Source of the DNA: Methanobacterium sp. UBA353
Lineage (GTDB): Archaea; Methanobacteriota; Methanobacteria; Methanobacteriales; Methanobacteriaceae
Direction of reading: 5' to 3'
Assembly: GCA_002496805.1 (NCBI GenBank)
Contig: DALO01000016.1
Span: forward strand, 45,615-109,614
DNA length: 64,000 bases
Shown here: piece after piece, positions 48,996-58,968 of the stretch
Numbering within the stretch: the first letter of the stretch is position 1
How the letters are laid out: every line of letters starts with the position of its first letter
Made by a program: the position numbers and the translations under genes
Notes under the pieces: generated by a model
The model's input: the letters and a program-made list of their open reading frames with translations, nothing else
Told to the model about the DNA's origin: nothing
Databases searched by the model: none

Positions 48996-49784
48996 ATGAA
49001 AGCCGTGGTTTTTGACAACTCCGGAACGTTAATTTCAAGATATAGGGCAATTAAAGACATTAAATCTGGCATTATAAATGATGATGTCTGTTCAATTGAT
49101 TTGGTGGATCAAGACCCCTGTCGGGCCCTCGTAGTTATACAGACAGATCCTGCTACTTGTATTATAAATGCCCGTCCAAAACAAACTATTTATGAATTTA
49201 TTAGTAAAAATAATATTTCTTTTGATATAAGTTATTCTTCTTTAGATTTTGATAAAAAAGAAATATTGAATCTAATTAAATATGAAAAAACACGAGTAAG
49301 CGACATCCAAGACACCATTAGAGCCGTTATTGACAAAAAATACGATGTGCAGATATGCAGTGGATCCGGATTTATTTTAAACATATATACCGGTCAGATC
49401 GATTTTACCATCACTGCTGGTGGAAAAATATTTCCAGAGGTTCAAGAGGTAGTAAAAGAACTTAAAAGAAGAAATTTCCATATTTACGTGGCATCAGGGG
49501 ATCGAACTAAATCTTTGGAAGAACTAGCTAATTACATCAACATTCCATCTGAAAATGTTTTTGGCACTGCAAATTCCAAAAGAAAACAAGAGATAGTGAA
49601 GAAGCTAAAAAAGAATTATAGTGTAATGATGGTTGGAAACAGTGCTAATGATATTTTAGCCCTTCAAGAAGCAGATATTGGTGTATTAACTACCCAACAA
49701 GATGATAAACCTTCTTCCAAGGTTCTTAATGCAGCAGATGTGGTTGTAGATAACATTAAAGATATTTTGGAAATAAATTTCTAA
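48996..49784 (+). CDS. HAD-superfamily hydrolase resembling the soluble P-type-ATPase cytoplasmic domain
   Basis: ORF track 48858..49784, but its first 46 codons overlap the LysE gene. ATG 48996 gives MKAVVFDNSGTL (DKTGT-like motif). Later motifs are ASGDRT and VGNSANDILALQEADIGV (GDGxND-like). Confidence 0.7.
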   Translation: MKAVVFDNSGTLISRYRAIKDIKSGIINDDVCSIDLVDQDPCRALVVIQTDPATCIINARPKQTIYEFISKNNISFDISYSSLDFDKKEILNLIKYEKTRVSDIQDTIRAVIDKKYDVQICSGSGFILNIYTGQIDFTITAGGKIFPEVQEVVKELKRRNFHIYVASGDRTKSLEELANYINIPSENVFGTANSKRKQEIVKKLKKNYSVMMVGNSANDILALQEADIGVLTTQQDDKPSSKVLNAADVVVDNIKDILEINF

Positions 49785-49902
49785 GCAAAACAACTATTTA
49801 TATGATTGGACATCAACTTCATCCTTCTTAACAAATTATCCCCTAGGTTAGGAAGTATTATTGATAAATATGTAATTGAATTTCAAAATTCCATGATATA
49901 AT

Positions 49903-50529
49903 TCAGCTATCAATGAAATGTTTAAAAAAAGGAATAGCAAGGTAAACAATGCTTGACCATCCATAACCATATTCTTTTAGAAACGGGAGAAATGTTACTC
50001 CAATTGCTATTACAGAAAGTATCGGGAGCATTAAATTAGCCATTAAATCTGATTTTCGTCGTTTAATTGCGCTTTCATCTACCAGTCCACTATTGACTGC
50101 ATGGCGCCAATTGAGGAATAAAAGAATTCCTATGGCAAAAAGGTTCAGATCAAAAAAAATGTTGGGAATCTGGTAATTTCCATATTCTCCAATGAAATAT
50201 GCTGAAAATGGTACTAATGCAACGAATACTAACCATAAAATAACAAGCCATAGCATAACATCATCAGCACGCTTTATTTTATTAAATTGGGTGTGATTTA
50301 TTCTCCAAAAGACCGCGAGAAGGAAAAAACTAATGAAATATCCATAAAAATTAGGTAATAGGCCAAGTAGAGACTGGTATAAGATGGTTTCAGTGGGATT
50401 AGCAATAGATGGCACTGTAATTCCTAAAACCAGTAAAGTTAGTGCAATGGCAAAAACACCGTCCACCAGAGTTTCAATCCTTTTAGGGTTGATACTAGTG
50501 GTATTGATTTTATTATAGCTTTCCTGCAA
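49903..50529 (-). CDS. TMEM175/DUF1211-family putative potassium channel
   Basis: 208 aa with a RIETLVDGVFAIALTLLVL signature and about 6 TM spans. Confidence 0.75.
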   Translation of the reverse strand: MQESYNKINTTSINPKRIETLVDGVFAIALTLLVLGITVPSIANPTETILYQSLLGLLPNFYGYFISFFLLAVFWRINHTQFNKIKRADDVMLWLVILWLVFVALVPFSAYFIGEYGNYQIPNIFFDLNLFAIGILLFLNWRHAVNSGLVDESAIKRRKSDLMANLMLPILSVIAIGVTFLPFLKEYGYGWSSIVYLAIPFFKHFIDS

Positions 50530-50544
50530 TGAATACCCTCTTAT

Positions 50545-51075
50545 TTATAAAGATCTTTCCAGACTTTTAATGGCACTGCGAACAGCTCTTTCTTCCACTA
50601 CTTTATATGCTATCAATAGTCCAATAAGCAGTAAAGGTATCAGAATGTCCGTAATTAAAGCTGCTCCTACATTTCCAGAGGCGTGATTAGAAACAGAAAG
50701 CATATTATTAATATGGGTTACGGCCGCCCCTAAATAAAAAACAGAAACACCAATTACTGTTGCAGTCCAAAAATTACCCCTTATCCAAAAGCACAATAAT
50801 CCCAAAACACCAAACGCTAGATTGGCAAATGCAACCTCCATCTGGAATGGGTTCCCAACAGCCCAACCAATATTCGAAGCAACTTGGTTCGGGAAAAACA
50901 AATGCCCTGTAAATGCCCATAATGAACCAATGCCAACTGTAAAAACCAAGAAAGAAAGTAAAAATAGTTCAACAATTCTTTTAATGTTTAAAAATCTCTT
51001 GATATAAAATTGAACCCCTATTAATATAAACGCAATTATAATGCCTAGTATTAGCCAGGTGTAAGCCATGTCCAT
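50545..51075 (-). CDS. Integral membrane protein, unknown function
   Basis: The ORF track extends to 51096, and ATG 51075 follows GGGGGT. There are about five hydrophobic spans and no motif I recognise. Confidence 0.6.
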   Translation of the reverse strand: MDMAYTWLILGIIIAFILIGVQFYIKRFLNIKRIVELFLLSFLVFTVGIGSLWAFTGHLFFPNQVASNIGWAVGNPFQMEVAFANLAFGVLGLLCFWIRGNFWTATVIGVSVFYLGAAVTHINNMLSVSNHASGNVGAALITDILIPLLLIGLLIAYKVVEERAVRSAIKSLERSL

Positions 51076-51263
51076 TAAATAACCCCCTAAACGCATAGAG
51101 TTATTATTTATAAAAACACATTATTTGCGTTCAATTATCATTTATTTAATACCTTCCTCCGTGAATCAAATGGAAAGATTTATAAGTTATTTTCAGTTAG
51201 ATGTTGAAAAATCAACCAGTTTAATGCATGATAAAACCTCTTCTTCAAAGTGCCATGCAACGT

Positions 51264-52367
51264 TTACAATTTAATTAAATTAAAATCCATAGTCCCCATT
51301 CCAATTTTTTCAGCATACTCCAGTTGCACCATGCCATCAACTTCTTCCCAAACTCCTTTGAATTTATCACCACCAGTTTGGTGATGATGCTCAAGTAAGG
51401 AGCCTTCTAACCCAATTTGTTGATTCACCAGATGATATGATGCAGCATCAAGTGCCACTGGATCCATAGAGGCCAATATTCCAATATCTGGAACAATTGC
51501 AGCGTCACTGAAGGATTCACAGTCACAGTCTGGAGTTATGTCCATAAGGAAATTTATATAACCTACTTTTCCTTGTTTGTTTTTAACTGCACCGTAGGCG
51601 TATTCAACCATTCTCTCAGAAAATTCAGGTAAAGAATCAAAATCAATTTCTATCGCCAATTCTGGACAGTTTGATAGACAGTTATTGCATGCAATACATT
51701 TTTCCAAATCTATGGTTGCTTTTTGGTTTTGTATTGATATTACTGATATAGGACAAAAATCTAGGCACTTGGCGCAAGCAATACAAACATCGGTTATCAC
51801 TGGCTTGGAACAGTGATGTTGTTCTATCTTTCCAGGAATAGCAGCACAGCCCATAGCTAAGTTTTTAATTGCTCCCCCGAATCCACTCATCCCATGACCT
51901 TTAAAATGTGACAAAACAATCATACTATCAGAATTTTCAATATCTCCTGCGATTTTAACTGTGTTGAAATGATTTAGACCAATTTTTACCGGAACCCAAT
52001 TGTTTCCACAAATTCCATCAGCAATGATAATGGGTGCAGCAGTAACCACGTAGCCAAAGCCATTTTTTAGGGCAGTTTGCAAGTGATCGGCTGAATTATG
52101 ACGACTTCCATGATAAAGAGTGTTGGTATCTGTAAGAAATGGATTAACATTAAATTCTAAAGTTTTTTCAACAACTGGACGCACCAAAACTGGTTTAATA
52201 AATGTGTCGTTTCCCATTTCTCCAAAATGAAGTTTGATTGCAGTTAGGTCATTTTTCTTTAGTAATCCCCCAAAATTTGCTTTGTCAAATAACTGCTTTA
52301 TTTTGCTGTTTTTATTTTCTCCCATGCTTCGAGAACGGAAATTAGAAAAAAACACATCACTAGACAT
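51264..52367 (-). CDS. DUF362-domain protein with inserted 2x[4Fe-4S] ferredoxin module
   Basis: 367 aa. The N-terminal part resembles DUF362 (AIKLHFGE..., LSHFKGH). The central part has CIACAKCLDFCP and CIACNNCLSNCP. Confidence 0.7.
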   Translation of the reverse strand: MSSDVFFSNFRSRSMGENKNSKIKQLFDKANFGGLLKKNDLTAIKLHFGEMGNDTFIKPVLVRPVVEKTLEFNVNPFLTDTNTLYHGSRHNSADHLQTALKNGFGYVVTAAPIIIADGICGNNWVPVKIGLNHFNTVKIAGDIENSDSMIVLSHFKGHGMSGFGGAIKNLAMGCAAIPGKIEQHHCSKPVITDVCIACAKCLDFCPISVISIQNQKATIDLEKCIACNNCLSNCPELAIEIDFDSLPEFSERMVEYAYGAVKNKQGKVGYINFLMDITPDCDCESFSDAAIVPDIGILASMDPVALDAASYHLVNQQIGLEGSLLEHHHQTGGDKFKGVWEEVDGMVQLEYAEKIGMGTMDFNLIKL

Positions 52368-52421
52368 TTTAAATCTCCAATACTATTATAAATCTTTTTA
52401 TAGATGCATTCCTGCAATTGA

Positions 52422-53168
52422 TTAATCAAAATTTTCAAACAGTAAATTTTTACTTTTTATAACATCATCATAATTATTTAATTCAATTATTCCCCGTTTT
52501 ATCCCATAAATTAGATCTAAATCAAGTGTTCCCTTACCTAATGATAAGTGTTGGTCTTTTTTACCATTGTTATCACTTAAATGATAATAATAAGTGTTTA
52601 ATTGTAAAAATGATTTGGGATCTTCATTAGTGTTGGCATGGCCCAGATCAACGGTAGCACAACATCCGCATTGATCTAAGAAATAAGCATGCTCATGAGC
52701 AGTGTTACAGAAATATGCATAGCGAGAAGGCATATTTTCCACAGAAAAAATCACACCTACATCTTCAGCATGTTGATTAGCCTTTGTAAGAGTTTCAATA
52801 GAATATTGTTTGGCCATGTCTCGGATCCTATCTTCCAATCGATGAACCAGCCCTGGGTGGGTGGTTATTGCTTTAGCACCAATCTTAACTGCCAAATCAA
52901 GAGTTTCTTCAAGTTGAAGGAGGGTTTCATCCCTTATTCCAGGGTTTAGACTGGCAGGATTAAGATCTATTGTGGGAGAATGTAAATAAACATCTATATC
53001 ATAAGATGAAAAAATTTCCAACTCGTTTGACAGGTTAAGGAGGTTTCTTGGCCAGTATGGACCTTCACAGAGTATTTCAATAAGTTCAAAACCATCAGCA
53101 TCGGCAATTTGTAGACATTCTTCAAATGAATGCATGAATAATGCCAAAGTCGAAAATCCTAGTTTCAT
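52422..53168 (-). CDS. Xylose-isomerase-like TIM-barrel protein (sugar phosphate isomerase/epimerase family)
   Basis: The ORF track extends to 53315, but family proteins start like MKLGFSTLAL (ATG 53168). It also has a HPG...E motif and DLGHAN. Confidence 0.7.
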   Translation of the reverse strand: MKLGFSTLALFMHSFEECLQIADADGFELIEILCEGPYWPRNLLNLSNELEIFSSYDIDVYLHSPTIDLNPASLNPGIRDETLLQLEETLDLAVKIGAKAITTHPGLVHRLEDRIRDMAKQYSIETLTKANQHAEDVGVIFSVENMPSRYAYFCNTAHEHAYFLDQCGCCATVDLGHANTNEDPKSFLQLNTYYYHLSDNNGKKDQHLSLGKGTLDLDLIYGIKRGIIELNNYDDVIKSKNLLFENFD

Positions 53169-53324
53169 GTTTAGAACTTTTAATGATAATTCTGATATAT
53201 TTTTCGAATTTGCCAGAAATTTGGCTCGAAGTCGATGTTTGTACGAACCTTTTATATAACATCCCATACACTTCATTATATCAGAAAGTGATATATACAA
53301 AATCAATATATCCATATTAGAATT

Positions 53325-53798
53325 ATGTGTTGGAGCAGTAAAATGGCCAGAAAAAATTCACATGTTACTGATACGGGAAAAGAAGAGGAATGGGGATGTC
53401 AGATTAACAACCTAAATTCCTATGATAAAAAACTGATCAAAGGATTCATGAGAGGTTTTGCTAGAATTATGATACTGTGGCTCATCAGCAAGAGTAGACA
53501 ACATGGATATGAAATAATGACCCAAATACATGCCTCATCCCCCCTTGATAAAAAAATGCCCAGTGCCAGCATGATTTATCCAGTACTGCATAAATTAGAA
53601 AAAGAAGGACTGGTTATCGGAACATGGGAGCATCATGGTAAGAGGAAAGTCAAATATTATGAAATAACTGATGAAGGCAACAAAAGCCTCAATCGAATAC
53701 GACAAATCGCTGCCCATGGGAAAAAAATGGGTGCAACAGACTTGTGGAAGGAATTCATGAAGGACATGTTTTTCCTTGAAGAAGACATGGGAGATTAA
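53325..53798 (+). CDS. PadR-family transcriptional regulator
   Basis: The winged-HTH pattern ILWLISKSRQHGYEIMTQI...IYPVLHKLEKEGLV...KYYEITDEG is typical of PadR. The true start may be ATG 53343. Confidence 0.8.
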   Translation: MCWSSKMARKNSHVTDTGKEEEWGCQINNLNSYDKKLIKGFMRGFARIMILWLISKSRQHGYEIMTQIHASSPLDKKMPSASMIYPVLHKLEKEGLVIGTWEHHGKRKVKYYEITDEGNKSLNRIRQIAAHGKKMGATDLWKEFMKDMFFLEEDMGD

Positions 53799-53801
53799 CA
53801 T

Positions 53802-54884
53802 ATGAAGTATGCTATAGAAACTTTTGATCTTAGCAAACGTTACGGTGACTTCACAGCCGTGGATGCTTTAGATTTAAAAGTTAAAGATAAAACCATATTT
53901 GGATTTTTAGGCCCTAACGGGGCAGGGAAAACTACTACTATAAAAATGTTGACTTGTTTAATCCCGCCAACATCTGGAACAGCACATGTGACTGGTTATG
54001 ATGTGATAAAAAATCCAAATGAAGTTCGTCAAAAAATAGGGATGGTTCCACAATTGGTTAGCCTATACGCTGATCTTACTGTCAGAGAAAATGCTGAGTT
54101 ATGTGCAGACTATTATGGAATGCCCACAGACCTTAAAGAAAGGAGAATCGACGAATTAATGGAATTGGTGGACATTAAATATGCTGAGAAAAAGTTGGTT
54201 AAACAACTGTCTGGAGGGCAGAAGCAAAAAGTATCTGTGGTTGCTAGCCTAGTACATCAGCCAGAAATTCTTTTTTTGGATGAACCCACCATTGGATTAG
54301 ATCCTACAACTAAAAGCGTCCTTTGGGACCTTATTGATGAACTAAACCAAAAGGGCCATACTATCATTCTCTGCTCCCACGACATGTACGAAGTGGACAT
54401 GCTCTGTGATCACGTAGGAATAATTAATCATGGAAAATTGGCAGCATATGACACTCCACAGGGATTAAAAGACACCATATTGGAGCAAAAAAATACCATT
54501 GAAAGCAATGTCGGTGAAATTGTGCGAAAAATGGAAGAATCCGATGCCAGCACCCACCCTTCTTTTTGCAAACTTAGAGAAGCTGTAAATGAATCTGAAA
54601 TGGATAAAGCAAGGGAAATGAGCTTGATAGTAGATAATTCAGATAACAAGTTGATTGACAGACTATTCCAAATTCCTTGTGTTCTGGACATTGAAACTCA
54701 CCGATCCGGTAGGCTGACTTTTAAATTAGCCAATACAGAAACTGCAATCACCCAAGTGATATCTGCAATTATGGAAACCGGAAGTAACATAAACTCAATT
54801 TCAACCAAAGATCCCTCTTTAGAAGATGTGTTCATCAAAGTAACTGCTAAAAAGCCCAAAAAAGTAGAAAAAGAGGGTGAATAA
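53802..54884 (+). CDS. ABC transporter ATP-binding protein (ABC-2/DrrA type) with C-terminal extension
   Basis: 360 aa with Walker A GPNGAGKTT, signature LSGGQKQK and Walker B ILFLDEP. It starts 3 nt after the PadR stop. Confidence 0.88.
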   Translation: MKYAIETFDLSKRYGDFTAVDALDLKVKDKTIFGFLGPNGAGKTTTIKMLTCLIPPTSGTAHVTGYDVIKNPNEVRQKIGMVPQLVSLYADLTVRENAELCADYYGMPTDLKERRIDELMELVDIKYAEKKLVKQLSGGQKQKVSVVASLVHQPEILFLDEPTIGLDPTTKSVLWDLIDELNQKGHTIILCSHDMYEVDMLCDHVGIINHGKLAAYDTPQGLKDTILEQKNTIESNVGEIVRKMEESDASTHPSFCKLREAVNESEMDKAREMSLIVDNSDNKLIDRLFQIPCVLDIETHRSGRLTFKLANTETAITQVISAIMETGSNINSISTKDPSLEDVFIKVTAKKPKKVEKEGE

Positions 54885-56087
54885 ATGTCAGAATCAAAAA
54901 AAATTTGGTGGATGATTAAAAAAGATTTATTAGTTCTTTGGAGACACAAACCACGTTTAGCATCCATATTACTATTCCCAATACTTATGATCGCCCTTTT
55001 TGGTTATGGAATGGGAGGAGAAATTGAAAACATACCTGTGGTGGTAGTAAAACAGACTGATGGGCCGGTAACCGACGCGACTCTTAACGCAATTAAAGAA
55101 ATGTCACTTTACGATGTTAAAGATATTATCAGTGACCCGCAACGTGGTCGGGAAATGGTGGAATCAGGACAGATCAAAGCAGCCATCTTACTGCCCCCAG
55201 ATTACGAAAATATTAATAGTAGCAACTCAAAATCGGTGGTTGTTTATGTTGATTCATCTGATCAAATGGCCACACAAATGTTGGTCCCAGCAACCCAAGC
55301 CCTTTTTAGCCAGATATCATCTCAAATTGGAATGAAAAAACTAGACGCATTGCAAGCTCAATCAACTCAATTTTCTTCCATGCAAGTACAATCTCAAGAG
55401 GTTCAGTCCAGTTCATCATTACCCTCCCTTAACTTCCAGAACATTATGAACTCCATCAACTTCCAAGTCAATAAGATTTATGGAGACACCAAATATATTG
55501 ACTTCCTTGTACCGGCAATTCTGGCCATGACAGTTATGATGGGAGCAATGATGAGCATGGGCGAGTCTTTGGCTGGTGAACGAGAACGGGGTGAGCTTGC
55601 CAGACTTTTCATGACTCCGACCAGTGTTACTACAGTGGTAGCAGGTAAAATTATATCAAGACTTGTCATTCAAACGACAACTGCCATGATATTACTCGGT
55701 TCAGCCATTTTACTGTTCAATATTACCATATCCGGTAGTTTGTTACTTACCATTCTCCTGCTAATACTGATAGCATTGTGTTTTGTGGGTTTTGGCATAA
55801 TGGTTTCAGCCCGAGTTGGTACTCAGGAAGACTACGTCCAAATGGTGATGCCATTTAGCATGCCTATGATGTTCATATCAGGAGTTTTCTATCCACTGGA
55901 AACCATGCCTTGGATATTCCAAAAAATAGCATATATAGCACCTTTAACCTATGCTAATGATGCAATGCGAGGAGTTATGTTAAAAGGCGCAACCATAGGA
56001 GATATATGGATCGATATAGCTGTTCTTTTGGGTTTCACACTGTTGTTCTTTGCAATGGGAGTAACTAGGTTTAACAGAGATATTTAG
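54885..56087 (+). CDS. ABC-2-type transporter permease
   Basis: 400 aa. It has an N-terminal TM, a large extracytoplasmic loop, then about five TM spans. Its start codon abuts the ATPase stop (TAAATG). Confidence 0.85.
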   Translation: MSESKKIWWMIKKDLLVLWRHKPRLASILLFPILMIALFGYGMGGEIENIPVVVVKQTDGPVTDATLNAIKEMSLYDVKDIISDPQRGREMVESGQIKAAILLPPDYENINSSNSKSVVVYVDSSDQMATQMLVPATQALFSQISSQIGMKKLDALQAQSTQFSSMQVQSQEVQSSSSLPSLNFQNIMNSINFQVNKIYGDTKYIDFLVPAILAMTVMMGAMMSMGESLAGERERGELARLFMTPTSVTTVVAGKIISRLVIQTTTAMILLGSAILLFNITISGSLLLTILLLILIALCFVGFGIMVSARVGTQEDYVQMVMPFSMPMMFISGVFYPLETMPWIFQKIAYIAPLTYANDAMRGVMLKGATIGDIWIDIAVLLGFTLLFFAMGVTRFNRDI

Positions 56088-56133
56088 AGGTTTAAAGCAA
56101 ATTAAGAATCTAAAAATAGAATCAAGTGATAAT

Positions 56134-57366
56134 ATGAACGTACGTAAAAAACAAGTCTTATTAGGATTTATTATAACCTGCATTTTGGTATCTCCAGTTG
56201 CAGGGGCGGATTGGAATATGTTCCATGAAAACGCCCAACGAACAGGATATCTTGAACAACCTGCTGATTTCACCCCTACTGTTTGGTATTTCAGCACACA
56301 GGGCACCATAAAGTCATCACCCGCCATTTTAAACAAAGTTGCCTATTTCGGATCATCAGATGGTCATGTGTATGCTGTGAACCTAGAAGACTGCACCAAA
56401 TTGTGGGATTATAAAACCGAAGGAGCTGTAGTATCATCCCCTTCAATTTCCGGAGACTATTTATATGTAGGATCAAAGGACGGATATGTTTATGCACAGG
56501 ACATTAAAAATGGTAATGTTAAATGGAAATATAAAACTGGAAATTCCATAGAATCATCCCCTTTAGCCCATGACAACATGATATATATTGGTTCAGATGA
56601 TGGAAGAGTATATAGCATATATAAATCAAATGGGACTAAAAATTGGGAATATAACACTGGAAACGCAGTTAAATCATCCCCCGTTATCATAGATGATTAT
56701 TTAATTGTAGGTTCCGATGATGGCAAAATTTACGCACTAGATATGGAAACTGGTGATAAAAAATGGGAATACACCACTGGGGATAAGGTACAATCATCCC
56801 CCGCTGTGATGAATAATGTAGTCTATGTTGGATCAGATGATGGTAAGCTATATGCCATTAATATCAATAATGGGACACTCAAATGGAACTATGATATGGG
56901 AAAACCAGTTGATTCATCACCTACCATTGACACCAATGACAACAGCTTATTTGTAGGAGCTGATAATGGTAAAATGATTTGCTTAGACACGCGAAACGGA
57001 GTGGAAAAATGGAGTTACAATGCTACTGGCGCAGTAAAAACATCTGCAGCCATCGTGAAAAATAAAATAGTCTTCGGATCTGACGGAGGCACTGTTTATA
57101 TAGTAAATAAATACAATGGCAACCTTGAGTGGAATTATAATCCTGGTTACGGCATAATTAATCAAGCCATACAATCATCTCCAGCAGTTTATGGAAACAT
57201 GATATACTTCGGTGCTGACGATGGATCCCTATATGCCCTGAACAATGACAAAATGAATGGCCCAACCTCAGTATATGCTTACTACATAGGTGGAACTCTT
57301 GTAATCCTAGTCATTTTCTTGGTAACAGTTAGAATTATCCGTAAACGAAGGAAAAAGGCAGAATAA
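56134..57366 (+). CDS. PQQ-like beta-propeller repeat protein with signal peptide and C-terminal TM anchor
   Basis: 410 aa. About eight repeats of the ~40-aa unit (G)SxDGxxYAxDxxxGxxKWxYxTGxxxxSSP are present. The C-terminus YYIGGTLVILVIFLVTVRIIRKRRKK is a TM span plus basic tail. Confidence 0.85.
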   Translation: MNVRKKQVLLGFIITCILVSPVAGADWNMFHENAQRTGYLEQPADFTPTVWYFSTQGTIKSSPAILNKVAYFGSSDGHVYAVNLEDCTKLWDYKTEGAVVSSPSISGDYLYVGSKDGYVYAQDIKNGNVKWKYKTGNSIESSPLAHDNMIYIGSDDGRVYSIYKSNGTKNWEYNTGNAVKSSPVIIDDYLIVGSDDGKIYALDMETGDKKWEYTTGDKVQSSPAVMNNVVYVGSDDGKLYAININNGTLKWNYDMGKPVDSSPTIDTNDNSLFVGADNGKMICLDTRNGVEKWSYNATGAVKTSAAIVKNKIVFGSDGGTVYIVNKYNGNLEWNYNPGYGIINQAIQSSPAVYGNMIYFGADDGSLYALNNDKMNGPTSVYAYYIGGTLVILVIFLVTVRIIRKRRKKAE

Positions 57367-57585
57367 ATACTTTTAAGAAATATCTAACAAACTGACCAGA
57401 CCGGGGATATTTTCTTTTAAAATGTCTTCAGTCATACTTTTTTTTTATTTGATTCAAATTTTTTCATAAATTATTTGATTTTAAAAAATATTGCTTAATC
57501 TTACTATCAGTTACAAAAAGGATACAACATAGTATAAAAAAAAGCTAAAATAAGATTAAAAAAATAAAAACGGGAGGTTTATTAA

Positions 57586-57870
57586 CTATTTGCTGAAAGC
57601 CTTCGAAAGCTGTATTTCAATGGCAGAAACATTAGTTGAAGTGCCCTCATTGCTCATGATTTCTTCAGTACATATGTCAATGCTCGCAATAGTCACGTCG
57701 GTTATGAATCTGTTCCTGACTATTTCTGCAACATCAACTGCCCTAGAAATAGCTCTTCCTCTTGCTTTGAGAATGACTTCATTAGTGCCACCGTTCATTT
57801 GTGTTACTACAGCTAATACATAGTTCATTACCGGCTTGTTTCCAATGTACACCACATTTTCCTCTGACAT
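57586..57870 (-). CDS. albA: Alba DNA/RNA-binding chromatin protein
   Basis: ATG 57870 follows [23 protein letters not shown]...[23 protein letters not shown] is the Alba fold signature. Confidence 0.88.
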   Translation of the reverse strand: MSEENVVYIGNKPVMNYVLAVVTQMNGGTNEVILKARGRAISRAVDVAEIVRNRFITDVTIASIDICTEEIMSNEGTSTNVSAIEIQLSKAFSK

Positions 57871-58158
57871 CACTTAACCTCCATGATTATACTATGGTTG
57901 TTTTGTGTTACTAGTATTATATATATTTTATGCACACTGTTTTAAGGAAATAAAAGCTTTTCTGCATGCAAATTATTAAAATATTAAAAATTAATCCATT
58001 TAAATCGTTAAAATGATTATTATAGGATTAACATTAAAAAAAAATGAATATAAGAAAAAAAACATGTGTTTTGTAATAAATCCACCAAATATCGTTGTTC
58101 CGGGTAATTTTGTTCTAAATTTTTTCTAAAAAACAAGTATAATATTTAAACAGATTTT

Positions 58159-58917
58159 TTATTCCGCCGAACGAAATATTATCACAAAACCATCCATTTT
58201 ACCATCTATGTTATTAATTGGTGTTACACTACCATCAACAGTAATGGTGGTTTCATCCTTAGCTGTGAGCGAAGCCATGTTGAATGAAAATTCGTCTTTC
58301 AAAAAGATGTCTTCCCCAATGGGAAACTTAAACCCCATTGGCTTAAAAATATCACGAACATCATGCCCTAATGCATCTTCTTCTAGCCATCCAGTTAATT
58401 CTTCAGCCATGGAATTCATAAAACGCACTTGTGCTTGAGGATCAGTTGCAATCACAGCGTCACTTATACTCCTAAGTGTTGCTCCCAACCATTGATCGTG
58501 TTTACGGAGCCTTTTTTCCAGCCGGTGCCTGTATAGGGTAATTTCAATAGCAGTGTTTAGTTCGCTCTCTTCAAAGGGTTTACGTAAAAATCCGTATGGT
58601 TGTTTTAAGATAAACCCTGAAGGCTCGGTTATTTTAGCTCTTTGAACTGTTTTTTCATCAGAATAAGCTGTTAAATAGATAATGGGAATTCCTAGCTTGG
58701 ATCGTATTTTTTCTGCCGCTTCAATACCATCCATTTTTCCTTCCAACTTAATATCCATAATAACTAGATCTGGTTTTATTTCTTCTGAAACTTTAATGGC
58801 ATCTTCTCCTGAAGAAACAATGGCTGGAACCTCGTAGCCCACACTATTGAGAGCTTTTCTCATGTCTTCCGCAGTGATTCTTTCGTCTTCAACTACAAGA
58901 ATTTTCACAATTGACAC
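58159..58917 (-). CDS. Response regulator: receiver domain + PAS-like domain, no DNA-binding output
   Basis: 252 aa from GTG. The REC domain has ILVVEDERITAED, DLVIMDIKLEG and IIYLTAYSD. The C-terminal ~110 aa are PAS-like (SISDAVIATDPQAQVRFMNSMAEELTGW). Confidence 0.85.
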   Translation of the reverse strand: MSIVKILVVEDERITAEDMRKALNSVGYEVPAIVSSGEDAIKVSEEIKPDLVIMDIKLEGKMDGIEAAEKIRSKLGIPIIYLTAYSDEKTVQRAKITEPSGFILKQPYGFLRKPFEESELNTAIEITLYRHRLEKRLRKHDQWLGATLRSISDAVIATDPQAQVRFMNSMAEELTGWLEEDALGHDVRDIFKPMGFKFPIGEDIFLKDEFSFNMASLTAKDETTITVDGSVTPINNIDGKMDGFVIIFRSAE

Positions 58918-58968
58918 TTTATTTACCTCCCTATTCTACTCCCCTGTAATAAAATATATTTCACACTA

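Noticed and set aside
53169-53315. N-terminal 49 codons of the track ORF 52422..53315
   Set aside because: The TIM-barrel family begins at MKLGFSTLAL. The extension is unconserved-looking sequence that reaches into the divergent PadR promoter region.
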